From Eledone cirrhosa (Eukaryota): 64,000 nucleotides of DNA. Positions 1 to 12,178 of the stretch are shown one piece after another. The first letter of the stretch is position 1. Every line of letters begins with the position of its first letter. Where the stretch lies: positions 24,614,001-24,678,000 of the forward strand of contig OZ024756.1 in the NCBI GenBank assembly GCA_964016885.1. The letters are read 5' to 3'. A program made the translations under genes and the position numbers. The notes under the pieces were generated by a model. That model was not told where the DNA came from. It did no database searches and worked only from the letters and a program-made list of their open reading frames with translations.

Positions 1-261
1 TGGTATTGAAAGTGCATATATAAATATTTTTTCTAACATTGCACAAGGTCAGCATCTTTGGAGGGAAAGAGAAAGTCAGTTTATAACGACCCGATTTCAT
101 TACTCGTACTTATTTTATCGATCTCAGAAGGGATTTGAGCCCAGAACAAAGGCCGGAAATATTTTGTCCGCTGCTTTGACAATTCTGCCAATCCACCACT
201 CTAGTGTATATAGAAATAATGTCAAATGTGTGTACAATAGTTATCAAAAGGTGTCACTTAC

Positions 262-2884
262 GTTGCAATGGAGTAAACCATTTCCTCTGAAATTATAGAG
301 CAAATATAGTTGTGTCAGATATGTTATAAATATATTTGAATAAAGTAGTAGTAGATACATGCAGGTTAGTAGGATTATTTAATTGGCAGTATCGGGAGAG
401 CATTGGACACCATGCTTTCTAGCATAGTTACGTCCCTTTACAGTCTGAGTTCAAATCCCACCGAGGTTAACTTTGCCTTTCATCCTTACGGGGTCGATGA
501 AATAAAGTACCAGTAATGTACTGGGTAATTGCTGGCCTTGTGCCTATATAAGAAACAATTATTTACCATACTGTAGCAGTGGAAGTAGTAGTAGTAGTAG
601 TAGTAATGATAACAGTAGTAGTAGTAGTAGTAGTCGTAGTAGTAATAGCAGCAGCAGTAGTAATAGTAAAATTAGCAGCAGCAGTAGTAGTAGTAGTAGC
701 AGAGCAGCAACATCAGCAGTACTAGTAGTAGTTGTATATATTTGAGTGTAGCTTTTTTTCCGACAATTGTTGTTTTTGCTGCTGTGTATTTTGTACTGGT
801 AATAGTTGGTTCGTGAAGGTACGTAGCTTAGTGGTTAGCGTATTGAGCTTATGATTATAATGTCGTGACAACGACAGCTGGACCGGGTAAAATTCTTGAA
901 CAAAATACTTCATTTCGGGTTGGTTGAGGTCAATTCAGCTGAATATAAGTACCATCAGCAGTAACATCTGGCAGTTAACCCTGTGATCAGTTCACATCTG
1001 GGAGTCAGCTCCCAGTCGTTTAACGCCAATGAAACTGCTATAAGGTGAGCCTTTTGGTCCTAGAGACCAAATTTAACTAAATCTAATGGTCAAAATATTA
1101 AAATATTTTGACCATTAGATTTAGTTAAATTTGGTCTTAATCCGTCTCCCAGTTTAAACCAACAACATAGAATATAGATGTCTTTAGTATTGGACCAGGC
1201 CTCCGGCTTTAAAATACATTCTCCCACCTGTTTCTGAGGCTCTGAAAAGAATCATGAATGGTGCTCCAAAGCATTTGTGCATGTTCTAGGAATCCTGGAA
1301 ATACCGTGCGACTAGCTTTCTGGACAGATGTATCAATCAGTTTGTTCTTTACCAGGTATTTTGATATTCTCCAAGCCAGTACTCCGTTAATCATGTTTCA
1401 ATACATACTAAGGAGAGATATCGGCTCCTTCCTTCTATTTTAACTTGAAGAGATATTCTCGTAAGATTGAAGTTGAAGCCATCTTGTTGCCAGTTCTGCT
1501 CTCTTGGTTAACAAATAATTTTCTAGTTGCAGGATATTACTGGTATAGGAGAACGTGAACCATCTGCTTTCGAGTCTCTCTCTCTCTCTATATATACATA
1601 AGTGTGTATGTGCGTGTGTTGAAGTATGTATCAATTTCTGTATGTATGTTGAAATATTTCAACCGTGAAAGCCATTACCTGTTTCCTCCCCTTCGCCACA
1701 ACCATAAGGCAGAGAATGACTTGATGATGATGATGATGATGACGATGATGACGGTACATGGTGCTAGAAGATGATACAGGGTAGTACATGACGATACATG
1801 ACGGCACATGACAGTACATGACGGTACATCCTGACACAAGCCGACACAGGACGGTACAGGATCGTGCAAAACGGTACAGGACTGTACCGGACGTTACATT
1901 AATGTAGATGATGGTACAGGACGGTACAGTATGACACAGGATGGTACAGGACGGTATAGGCTGACACAGGACGGTACAGGACGAGACACGATGACACAAG
2001 ACGGTACAGACTTACACACGACTCAACAAACGATACAAAATTAGGTTTTTGCCTGCAAAAAAGGTATTAACAAGAAAAACAACAGACGGAAAAACATTCA
2101 GATAAAATAATAAATTCCAGGACAGGGGCGAAACTTCCAAGAATCACTCATGGAAAAAGTCCACAAGAACCACAGTCATCCTGACCACAACGGCAAGTGC
2201 CCCCACCCTATTGTCCTCCTCCAATTCACAAGTGCATACACAAAGCAGATTAGTTCATTCGGACCATGCTCACCCCTCTCACCTAACTTTCGCTGGAAGG
2301 CAGCAGTTTCCATATATATTAAGGCGAGATATCGGTTCCTTCTTTCCATGCCCACAGTCGTAATCTTGTCAATCTCGAGCAATGTTTATAGATCTTGTAC
2401 TATATAATTGCCTCAGTCATCTATATCGATTTCTTATTACACAATATGAAATTAAACATTGGTGAAGTATAGTTTACTGTTCAGTTCACATCCTAGTTAT
2501 TAATAAACTACATTGTAATCATATCACCTTGCTTCCATATAGCGACAGATTAAGGGAGGGATAATATCTAAAGAGAACCAAGTAATTTCTTTTTTTTTTC
2601 TTTGCTACACAAGTGGTTCGATGAAACTTTCAGCCTGGTGCCTAAGGTAAATTTAACCCGACCCGGTTCCTACATAATACCAGTTATAATAAATTTCTAG
2701 AAAAGAAACTTACCGGTGGAATTGTTGAGGTGATGGCTCTTTTTTCTAACTGTGCGACACGTGAGGACTGGTGTAAGATAGCCACAGTCATGAGAACTAC
2801 CATAACACCAACCAACACGAGAGGAACAGTGAGTTTCTGTTTTAACTTGAAGAGATATTCTCGTAAGTTTGAAGTTGAAGTCAT
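262..2884 (-). CDS. Copy A (5' part) of 4-exon signal-anchored short-chain-collagen-C4/NC1-like gene; exon 1 2884-2714, micro-exon 286-262; remaining exons off-window
   Basis: Exon 1 MTSTSNLREY...LTVPLVLVGVMVVLMTVAIL...LEKRAITSTIPP ends CCG|GTAAGT (phase 0). Micro-exon is ttcag|AGGAAATGGTTTACTCCATTGCAAC|gtaagt. Confidence 0.75.
382..560 (+). mobile_element. tRNA-derived SINE family A (equivalent copies in each unit, e.g. ~8257, ~12886, ~21190, ~29132)
   Basis: A-box-like TGGCAGTATCGG, B-box GAGTTCAAATCC, conserved body 'aactttgcctttcatccttacggggtcgat...taccag', tail 'ggccttgtgcct...gaaacaatt'. More than 20 copies in the window. Confidence 0.85.
1064..1137. repeat. Perfect 74-bp palindrome (36-bp arms, 2-nt loop) in intron 1 of every unit
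   Basis: agaccaaatttaactaaatctaatggtcaaaatatt-aa-aatattttgaccattagatttagttaaatttggtct. Confidence 0.95.
1209..1434 (-). mobile_element. Non-LTR retrotransposon RT fragment (HERO/R2-superfamily-like)
   Basis: Translation LAWRISKYLVKNKLIDTSVQKA...FPGFLEHAQMLWSTI resembles the RT N-terminal motifs of RLE-type LINEs. A related degraded piece lies at ~2120-2410. Confidence 0.6.
1435..1745 (-). pseudogene. Truncated intronic duplicate of the gene's own promoter/5'UTR/start (MASTSILREYLFKLK*)
   Basis: Near-identical to 2840-3035 plus the 3190-3310 segment. ATG at 1482, TAG at 1437-1435. Confidence 0.85.
1750..2035. repeat. Degenerate 10-bp minisatellite (acaggacggt/acatgacggt)
   Basis: Visible 10-nt periodicity; present in every unit. 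Confidence 0.9.
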
Positions 2885-2959
2885 CTTGTTGCCAGTTCTG
2901 CTCTCTTGGTTAACAAATAATTTTCTAGTTGAAGTGTATTACTGGTATAGGAGAACGTG

Positions 2960-2998
2960 AACTATCTGCTTTCGAGTCTCTCTCTCTATATTTATATA
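2960..2998 (-). promoter_or_regulatory. Putative TATA + initiator core promoter of the array gene
   Basis: Minus strand: GTATATAAATA about 32 nt upstream of an Inr-like ATAGTT, ~80 nt upstream of the ATG. Conserved in all copies. Confidence 0.45.
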
Positions 2999-3113
2999 CA
3001 TTTATAAGTGTGTGTGTGTGTGTGTGTTGAAGTATGTATACATTTCTGTATGTATGTATTATGTTGTGAGAAGAAAGGCTCTTTTAAAAATATTTCATCC
3101 AAGAATGCCTTGT

Positions 3114-3181
<68 letters not shown>

Positions 3182-4218
3182 GTGTGTGTGTTGAAGTATA
3201 TATAAATGTCTGTATGTATGTTGAATAATTCAACCGTGAAGGCCATTACGTGTTTCCTCCCCTTCGCCACAGCCATAAGGCAGAAAATGACTTGATGATG
3301 ATGATGATGATGATGTTGTTGTTATTGTGGTGGTGGTGGTGTATGCTGCTGTTGTTGTTGTGGTGGTGGTGGTGTATGCTGCTGTTGTTGTGGTTGTGGT
3401 GGTGGTGGTGGTGATGGTGTTTGCTTCTAAAAGAAAATACGTATTTGAATCCTTTGTTAATGGTAACATCCGGTTGTAACGTTTTGTTAGGTTAAATAGT
3501 CTTTACATACCTAAGAAGGAAAATATGTCGCCATCGCCGTCCTCATCATCATCATCATCATCATTACCACCTTCAAGGCGAAATTCTCCTTTCGTTTTCT
3601 CAGGATAGATAAAATCAAGTACCAGTTAACTACTGTTCTCTTTTTAATTGATAATCTCACCCGTTAACATTGCTGGTCTTATTAGGAAAAGTCCCCCCTC
3701 AGAAAAAAGTGGTCCTCTCAGGTCAGACCTTCCTCAAGATCTGGACATCAGGACAGGACGTTACCAAACACTTGATGAGGTCCTCAGAGGACATTTCAAC
3801 ATGAAAAGGCCCTCACCAACAAGTTCCATTTAAAGATGAAGGTAAAGGTAGAGATCGAGGTGCTACCTTCCAGTAGGTTTATATAAAAGATAGGTGGGAT
3901 TGAAGAAATTTGCTTGATAAAAGGGATCCCACTCTATGAAGGTGTCTGTTGTTGGTGAACGGCCGTTGTAGTTGGTGTTACAGGCTAGTTATCCGTAGTT
4001 GTATGTGAGATACCCCTAACGTACCCTAACGATTTTTGTACATCGCTCTATGCATTTCAAGAGCCTTTCTAATTATTATATTTAGTTGTGATATAATTTT
4101 AGCAGTATCTATTATTGTGTCTATATGGTTATTATTGTTCTGACGGTCCCCTTTTTACATCATCTAACACTTTCTCTCCATTCGTTGTTTCTTGTTTCTT
4201 GTTGTTGTGTTTACCAGT

Positions 4219-4271
<53 letters not shown>

Positions 4272-4385
4272 TCATGGAATGAAAAAGAAATATGAGCAAG
4301 CTCTCTCTTTAATGTCCTCTTGTATAAATGGTTACGGTTGTGTCAATAATAATTATAATTATGTTTGAAAGAATATTATTGTCTA

Positions 4386-4433
4386 TGTCCCCACCTTTAA
4401 ATACAATATATATATTTGTGTGTGTGTGTGTGT

Positions 4434-4519
<86 letters not shown>

Positions 4520-4567
4520 AGTATATCTGTATTTAAATACCTTTAAATACAAAAATACAATATATAT

Positions 4568-4616
<49 letters not shown>

Positions 4617-4641
4617 ATTTTTGTATTTAAAGGTGGGGACA
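4386..4641. mobile_element. MITE-like element with 21-bp inverted ends enclosing (TG)n/(TA)n
   Basis: tgtccccacctttaaatacaa ... ttgtatttaaaggtggggaca. Confidence 0.55.
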
Positions 4642-4792
4642 GCATGCATACTTGTAAGCATACATGTGTCTGAATGTATATATTTATGCATATATGTATA
4701 TATATTTACATGTAAATACTTATATATACACAGAGGATGTATACATATACATTCATATAAGTAATTATCTGCCTTAAAGCTATGGTGACGGC

Positions 4793-5002
4793 GGCATTCT
4801 TGGATGGAATATTTTTAAAAGAGCCTTTCTTCTCGCAACATAATACATACATACAGAAATGTATACATACTTCAACACACACACACACACACACTTATAA
4901 ATGTATATAAATATAGAGAGAGAGACTCGAAAGCAGATAGTTCACGTTCTCCTATACCAGTAATACACTTCAACTAGAAAATTATTTGTTAACCAAGAGA
5001 GC
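4793..5002 (+). repeat. Inverted 210-bp duplicate of the gene promoter/5'UTR (2900-3109)
   Basis: Reverse complement of 2900-3109 with very few mismatches; stops ~15 nt short of the ATG. Confidence 0.92.
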
Positions 5003-5144
5003 TTTCTCAGTTCAAATACCACCGATGTCAACTTTGCCTTTCATCCATCTGAGGTCGATAAAAACCTACCAGTTTGGTACTGGGGTCGATTCTTCCTCTC
5101 TCTTTCTTACTTCCATTCTCTCACTCTCTATTCTTCTCTGTGAA

Positions 5145-5358
5145 TAATTGTTTCTACTTTTGGCCCAAGGCCAGCAATTACCCCAGTGCATTACTGGTAC
5201 TTTATTTTATCGACCCCGTAAGGATGAAAGGCAAAGTTAACCTCGGCGGGATTTGAACTCAGAATTTGAACTCAGGATTTGAAGTCAGGATTTGAACTCA
5301 GAATGGCAAGGGTCGTAACTCCATGCGTCAAAGCATGGCGTTCGACCCTCTACCGAAT
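5145..5358 (-). mobile_element. SINE family A with tandemly amplified 13-bp B-box
   Basis: SINE body containing gatttgaactcag x4 (x5 at 17843-17907, x6 at 26084-26161). Confidence 0.85.
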
Positions 5359-5647
5359 AATTTACTGTATTCAGACCTGGAGAGGAGATGGGCTCCGCCA
5401 GGTTTAAAAATGCCCTAGAAAGGCTATATGTCACTACGGTGTCTCTACCACTTCATCAGGTATTATGGGACCACACCATGCTAATATACAACAATATTTT
5501 CTATATAATTTCAGACAAAATTTATTCCGGCACCCCCTCTACGTAAGTAACACATTTGGATATTTATTACTCACAGATTTTACATTATTTGTATTTAAAC
5601 CTATATGGTGGATTGGCTACATACAGTTATTATTTGTATATACAAGG

Positions 5648-5862
5648 ACGGTGGATTGGCAGTATCAGTAGAGAGACGGACACCATGTTGTTCAGCATAG
5701 AGTTACGACCCTTTACGGTCTGAGTTAAAATTCCGCCGAGGTTAACTTTGCCTTTCATTCTTACGAGGTCGATAAAATAAAGTACCAGTAATGTACAGGA
5801 GTCGATTTAATCGACTTTCACCCTCCCCAGAATTACTGGCTTTGTGCTTAAATTAGAACTCA
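5648..5862 (+). mobile_element. SINE family A (longer-tail variant)
   Basis: cggtggattggcagtatcagtag ... gtcgatttaatcgacttt ... tttgtgcttaaattagaa. Confidence 0.8.
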
Positions 5863-6092
5863 TTATTTGTATATACACTTTCTAGCAATGTCTATATACA
5901 TCCCACAGTCTTTCTTTTTTCTCTCTCTCTCTCTCTCTCTCTCTCACTAATATATGTGTGTGTGTGTGTGTGTATATCTTACAATGCAATACAATGACAT
6001 TGTCAAGCGTAATCATGTTAGTAAGGAATATTGGTAAATATATTTTGGTTATGAGAATATTTTATATTTATTAATATTTTGAATAATATATG

Positions 6093-6159
<67 letters not shown>

Positions 6160-6294
6160 ATATATATATATATTCAATAGCTTCCGATCCATCCAGATAT
6201 AAAAAACAACAGCAGCAACAACAACAATAACATCAACAAAAACTCTATATTTTCATATTTACCGCAGTATTTTATTGTTTAAATCAATGACATC

Positions 6295-7630
6295 TTAGAA
6301 AAGAATATTTTTGAAGTATCTAGGTGACTTACTACACACAACACAGGTTAATTCTCTATTGTTCACGTATGGAGGACTTGGCAGTGACCCGACCATCGCT
6401 TGTACGTTATACAACAGAGCTCCGTTATCGCTTTTGTAACCGGCTGGGTCAGCTTCAGGTTCTTTATCGACACATATGTATTCACTTCTACCTTTGTGAC
6501 CATAATGTTCTGTCATCAGGTACCCCCAATATTCAGTTTGCCAACCAGTATAGCATTCTATTCGTCCTGGAATCATTATTACCGAAGCCGGTGATTTAGT
6601 TTCACAGACTGCGCAAGGAACGTCTTGATCATGTAAAGAGTAGTCATGTTTATTGATAAACATTCCATTTTTTGGGCTACTTTTGTAATTTGACAGTTCA
6701 TATTCTACACCGTAAATAGTAGCAGCAACTTCAAAAGCGTCTGAGTAGTTTCCCCATTGCGGTTTCGATGTTAGACACAGAAAATTGCTTCCACCCCCAG
6801 CGTGTGTAAAAAACTGTCCTGCAGCGAAACCTATCAACAAATATAAGAAAAGTAAAGAGAATTTCAGCTTCTATTATTCAACATCTAATGAACCAAAACA
6901 TATATATAGGGTCAATGGTAAATATGTGTTCTAGTGTACTCTTTGTAATATCAATTCAATCTGTTACATGTCGATCCCTAAAGAACTAGGCAGAACCTAA
7001 TCAGCAGTTATACTTCGTACATATTTCGTCTTAGAAAGTCAGTATAAAGATGTTAAAACATTGAAACGAATGTGTGAAAATGTATGTTACAAGATTTCAT
7101 AAGGTGTAGAAAACTATTTCTTTTTCTTTGTCAATATTGAAAGGTGTTTGTGTTATAGTGTAGATTTTTGAAAACAAAAATATCCAATGTTAAAATCTAG
7201 CACTTTATATTCTTACCTGAATAGACTTTAGTAGCTGTTTTAGCGGTGCAATTTTTCTTTCCCCACTGTGTATATACCGCACCAGGAAGGGAACCTGCAA
7301 GATAATTAAGCTTAATATAGAAATTTCTTTCTATATATATATATGATACTATTGGATATGTATTAGTCTAAAAACACATTCGTTGAAATCCAAAATTAAT
7401 GGAAATGTATATTTGTCGATATTAAGATTGATCGAAGGCGATATTAATCGAATGACATATAAATTAAATGACACATTGATCGAAATACAAATTCTTAGAA
7501 AAATATTCCTCGAAAATATTAATGCTTATGTATATTAATACTAACATACTCTTAGCACATATAAGTAAATATTACTGATTATCTAGTAATAAATATAGTA
7601 AATAATACACACATATATATAGCAACTGAA

Positions 7631-7664
<34 letters not shown>

Positions 7665-7788
7665 CATATTCCACTTCAGTTTATTGTCTTATATCACACC
7701 CGTTATGTATATTTCAAAGGCATTAAATGTCCTTATGTAATACCTGTTTAATGAATTGTTATTAGACAGGTGCTGAAAGAGAGAAGGT

Positions 7789-7843
<55 letters not shown>

Positions 7844-10758
7844 TAGACAGAGAGAGAGCGAATATGCATAGAGACATGGTATTGAAAGTGCATATATAAA
7901 TATTTTTTCTAACCTTGCACAAGGTCAGCATCTTTGGAGGGAAAGAGAAAGTCAGTTTATAACGACCCGATTTCATTACTCGTACTTATTTTATCGATCT
8001 CAGAAGGGATTTGAGCCCAGAACAAAGGCCGGAAATATTTTGTCCGCTGCTTTGACAATTCTGCCAATCCACCACTCTAGTGTATATAGAAATAATGTCA
8101 AATGTGTGTACAATAGTTATCAAAAGGTGTCACTTACTTTGCAATGGAGTAAACCTCGTCTGAAATTATAGAGCAAATATAGTTGTGTCAGATATGTTAT
8201 AAATATATTTGAATAAAGTAGTAGTAGATACATGCAGGTTAGTAGGATTATTTAATTGGCAGTATCGGGAGAGCATTGGACACCATGCTTTCTAGCATAG
8301 TTACGTCCCTTTACAGTCTGAGTTCAAATCCCACCGAGGTTAACTTTGCCTTTCATCCTTACGGGGTCGATGAAATAAAGTACCAGTAATGTACTGGGTA
8401 ATTGCTGGCCTTGTGCCTATATAAGAAACAATTATTTACCATACTGTAGCAGTGGAAGTAGTAGTAGTAGTAGTAGTAATGATAACAGTAGTAGTAGTAG
8501 TAGTAGTCGTAGTAGTAATAGCAGCAGCAGTAGTAATAGTAAAATTAGCAGCAGCAGTAGTAGTAGTAGTAGCAGAGCAGCAACATCAGCAGTACTAGTA
8601 GTAGTTGTATATATTTGAGTGTAGCTTTTTTTCCGACAATTGTTGTTTTTGCTGCTGTGTATTTTGTACTGGTAATAGTTGGTTCGTGAAGGTACGTAGC
8701 TTAGTGGTTAGCGTATTGAGCTCATGATTATAATGTCGTGACAACGACAGCTGGACCGGGTAAAATTCTTGAACAAAATACTTCATTTCGGGTTGGTTGA
8801 GGTCAATTCAGCTGAATATAAGTACCATCAGCAGTAACATCTGGCAGTTAACCCTGTGATCAGTTCACATCTGGGAGTCAGCTCCCAGTCGTTTAACGCC
8901 AATGAAACTGCTATAAGGTGAGCCTTTTGGTCCTAGAGACCAAATTTAACTAAATCTAATGGTCAAAATATTAAAATATTTTGACCATTAGATTTAGTTA
9001 AATTTGGTCTTAATCCGTCTCCCAGTTTAAACCAACAACATAGCATATAGATGTCTTTAGTATTGGACCAGGCCTCCGGCTTTAAAATACATTCTCCCAC
9101 CTGTTTCTGAGGCTCTGAAAAGAATCATGAATGGTGCTCCAAAGCATTTGTGCATGTTCTAGGAATCCTGGAAATACCGTGCGACTAGCTTTCTGGACAG
9201 ATGTATCAATCAGTTTGTTCTTTACCAGGTATTTTGATATTCTCCAAGCCAGTACTCCGTTAATCATGTTTCAATACATACTAAGGAGAGATATCGGCTC
9301 CTTCCTTCTATTTTAACTTGAAGAGATATTCTCGTAAGATTGAAGTTGAAGTCATCTTGTTGCCAGTTCTGCTCTCTTGGTTAACAAATAATTTTCTAGT
9401 TGCAGGATATTACTGGTATAGGAGAACGTGAACCATCTGCTTTCGAGTCTCTCTCTCTCTCTATATATACATAAGTGTGTATGTGCGTGTGTTGAAGTAT
9501 GTATAAATTTCTGTATGTATGTTGAAATATTTCAACCGTGAAAGCCATTACCTGTTTCCTCCCCTTCGCCACAACCATAAGGCAGAGAATGACTTGATGA
9601 TGATGATGATGATGATGATGATGACGGTACATGGTGCTAGAAGATGATACAGGGTAGTACATGACGATACATGACGGCACATGACAGTACATGACGGTAC
9701 ATGCTGACACAAGCCGACACAGGACGGTACAGGATCGTGCAAAACGGTACAGGACTGTACCGGACGTTACATTAATGTAGATGATGGTACAGGACGGTAC
9801 AGTATGACACAGGATGGTACAGGACGGTATAGGCTGACACAGGACGGTACAGGACGAGACACGATGACACAAGACGGTACAGACTTACACACGACTCAAC
9901 AAACGATACAAAATTAGGTTTTTGCCTGCAAAAAAGGTATTAACAAGAAAAACAACAGACGGAAAAACATTCAGATAAAATAATAAATTCCAGGACAGGG
10001 GCGAAACTTCCAAGAATCACTCATGGAAAAAGTCCACAAGAACCACAGTCATCCTGACCACAACGGCAAGTGCCCCCACCCTATTGTCCTCCTCCAATTC
10101 ACAAGTGCATACACAAAGCAGATTAGTTCATTCGGACCATGCTCACCCCTCTCACCTAACTTTCGCTGGAAGGCAGCAGTTTCCATATATATTAAGGCGA
10201 GATATCGGTTCCTTCTTTCCATGCCCACAGTCGTAATCTTGTCAATCTCGAGCAATGTTTATAGATCTTGTACGATATAATTGCCTCAGTCATCTATATC
10301 GATTTCTTATTACACAATATGAAATTAAACATTGGTGAAGTATAGTTTAATGTTCAGTTCACATCCTAGTTATTAATAAACTACATTGTAATCATATCAC
10401 CTTGCTTCCATATAGCGACAGATTAAGGGAGGGATAATATCTAAAGAGAACCAAGTAATTTTCTTTTTTTTTTCTTTGCTACACAAGTGGTTCGATGAAC
10501 CTTTCAGCCTGGTGCCTAAGGTAAATTTAACCCGACCCGGTTCCTACATAATACCAGTTATAATAAATTTCTAGAAAAGAAACTTACCGGTGGAATTGTT
10601 GAGGTGATGGCTCTTTTTTCTAACTGTGCGACACGTGAGGACTGATGTAAGACAGCCACAGTCATGAGAACTACCATAACACCAACCAACACGAGAGGAA
10701 CAGTGAGTTTCTGTTTTAACTTGAAGAGATATTCTCGTAAGGTTGAAGTTGAAGTCAT
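6295..10758 (-). CDS. Copy B: type II membrane/secreted protein with short-chain collagen C4-like (spongin NC1-related) domain, ~268 aa; exons 10758-10588, 8159-8138, 7294-7217, 6830-6295
   Basis: All introns are GT-AG with compatible phases (0,1,1). 171+22+78+536=807 nt, an open frame. Motifs GAVYTQWGKKNC, GGGSNFLCL, YGVEYE, HDQDVPCAVC, CYTGWQTEYWGYLM, YICVDKEPE, ELTCVVCS match my recollection of this invertebrate family. Confidence 0.85.
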
Positions 10759-10995
10759 CTTGTTGCCAGTTCTGCTCTCTTGGTTAACAAATAATTTTCT
10801 AGTTGAAGTGTATTACTGGTATAGGAGAACGTGAACTATCTGCTTTCGAGTCTCTCTCTCTATATTTATATACATTTATAAGTGTGTGTGTGTGTGTGTG
10901 TTGAAGTATGTATACATTTCTGTATGTATGTATTATGTTGCGAGAAGAAAGGCTCTTTTAAAAATATTTCATCCAAGAATGCCTTGTGGGTGTGG

Positions 10996-11066
<71 letters not shown>

Positions 11067-12092
11067 GAAGTATATATAAATGTCTGTATGTATGTTGAAT
11101 AATTCAACCGTGAAGGCCATTACGTGTTTCCTCCCCTTCGCCACAGCCATAAGGCAGAAAATGACTTGATGATGATGATGATGATGATGTTGTTGTTATT
11201 GTGGTGGTGGTGGTGTATGCTGCTGTTGTTGTTGTGGTGGTGGTGGTGTATGCTGCTGTTGTTGTGGTTGTGGTGGTGGTGGTGGTGATGGTGTTTGCTT
11301 CTAAAAGAAAATACGTATTTGAATCCTTTGTTAATGGTAACATCCGGTTGTAACGTTTTGTTAGGTTAAATAGTCTTTACATACCTAAGAAGGAAAATAT
11401 GTCGCCATCGCCGTCCTCATCATCATCATCATCATCATTACCACCTTCAAGTCGAAATTCTCCTTTCGTTTTCTCAGGATAGATAAAATCAAGTACCAGT
11501 TAACTACTGTTCTCTTTTTAATTGATAATCTCACCCGTTAACATTGCTGGTCTTATTAGGAAAAGTCCCCCCTCAGAAAAAAGTGGTCCTCTCAGGTCAG
11601 ACCTTCCTCAAGATCTGGACATCAGGACAGGACGTTACCAAACACTTGATGAGGTCCTCAGAGGACATTTCAACATGAAAAGGCCCTCACCAACAAGTTC
11701 CATTTAAAGATGAAGGTAAAGGTAGAGATCGAGGTGCTACCTTCCAGTAGGTTTATATAAAAGATAGGTGGGATTGAAGAAATTTGCTTGATAAAAGGGA
11801 TCCCACTCTATGAAGGTGTCTGTTGTTGGTGAACGGCCGTTGTAGTTGGTGTTACAGGCTAGTTATCCGTAGTTGTATGTGAGATACCCCTAACGTACCC
11901 TAACGATTTTTGTACATCGCTCTATGCATTTCAAGAGCCTTTCTAATTATTATATTTAGTTGTGATATAATTTTAGCAGTATCTATTATTGTGTCTATAT
12001 CGTTATTATTGTTCTGACGGTCCCCTTTTTACATCATCTAACACTTTCTCTCCATTCGTTGTTTCTTGTTTCTTGTTGTTGTGGTTACCAGT

Positions 12093-12178
<86 letters not shown>

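Noticed and set aside
722-913. 63-aa ORF MKYFVQEF... conserved in all units
   Set aside because: It lies in intron 1, overlaps a degraded SINE-like segment and simple repeats, and its conservation reflects only the recent duplication.
5425-5470. CTGATGA plus a small hairpin on the minus strand in the array unit
   Set aside because: GAAA is replaced by GTAG and there is no convincing stem I, so it is not supportable as a hammerhead.
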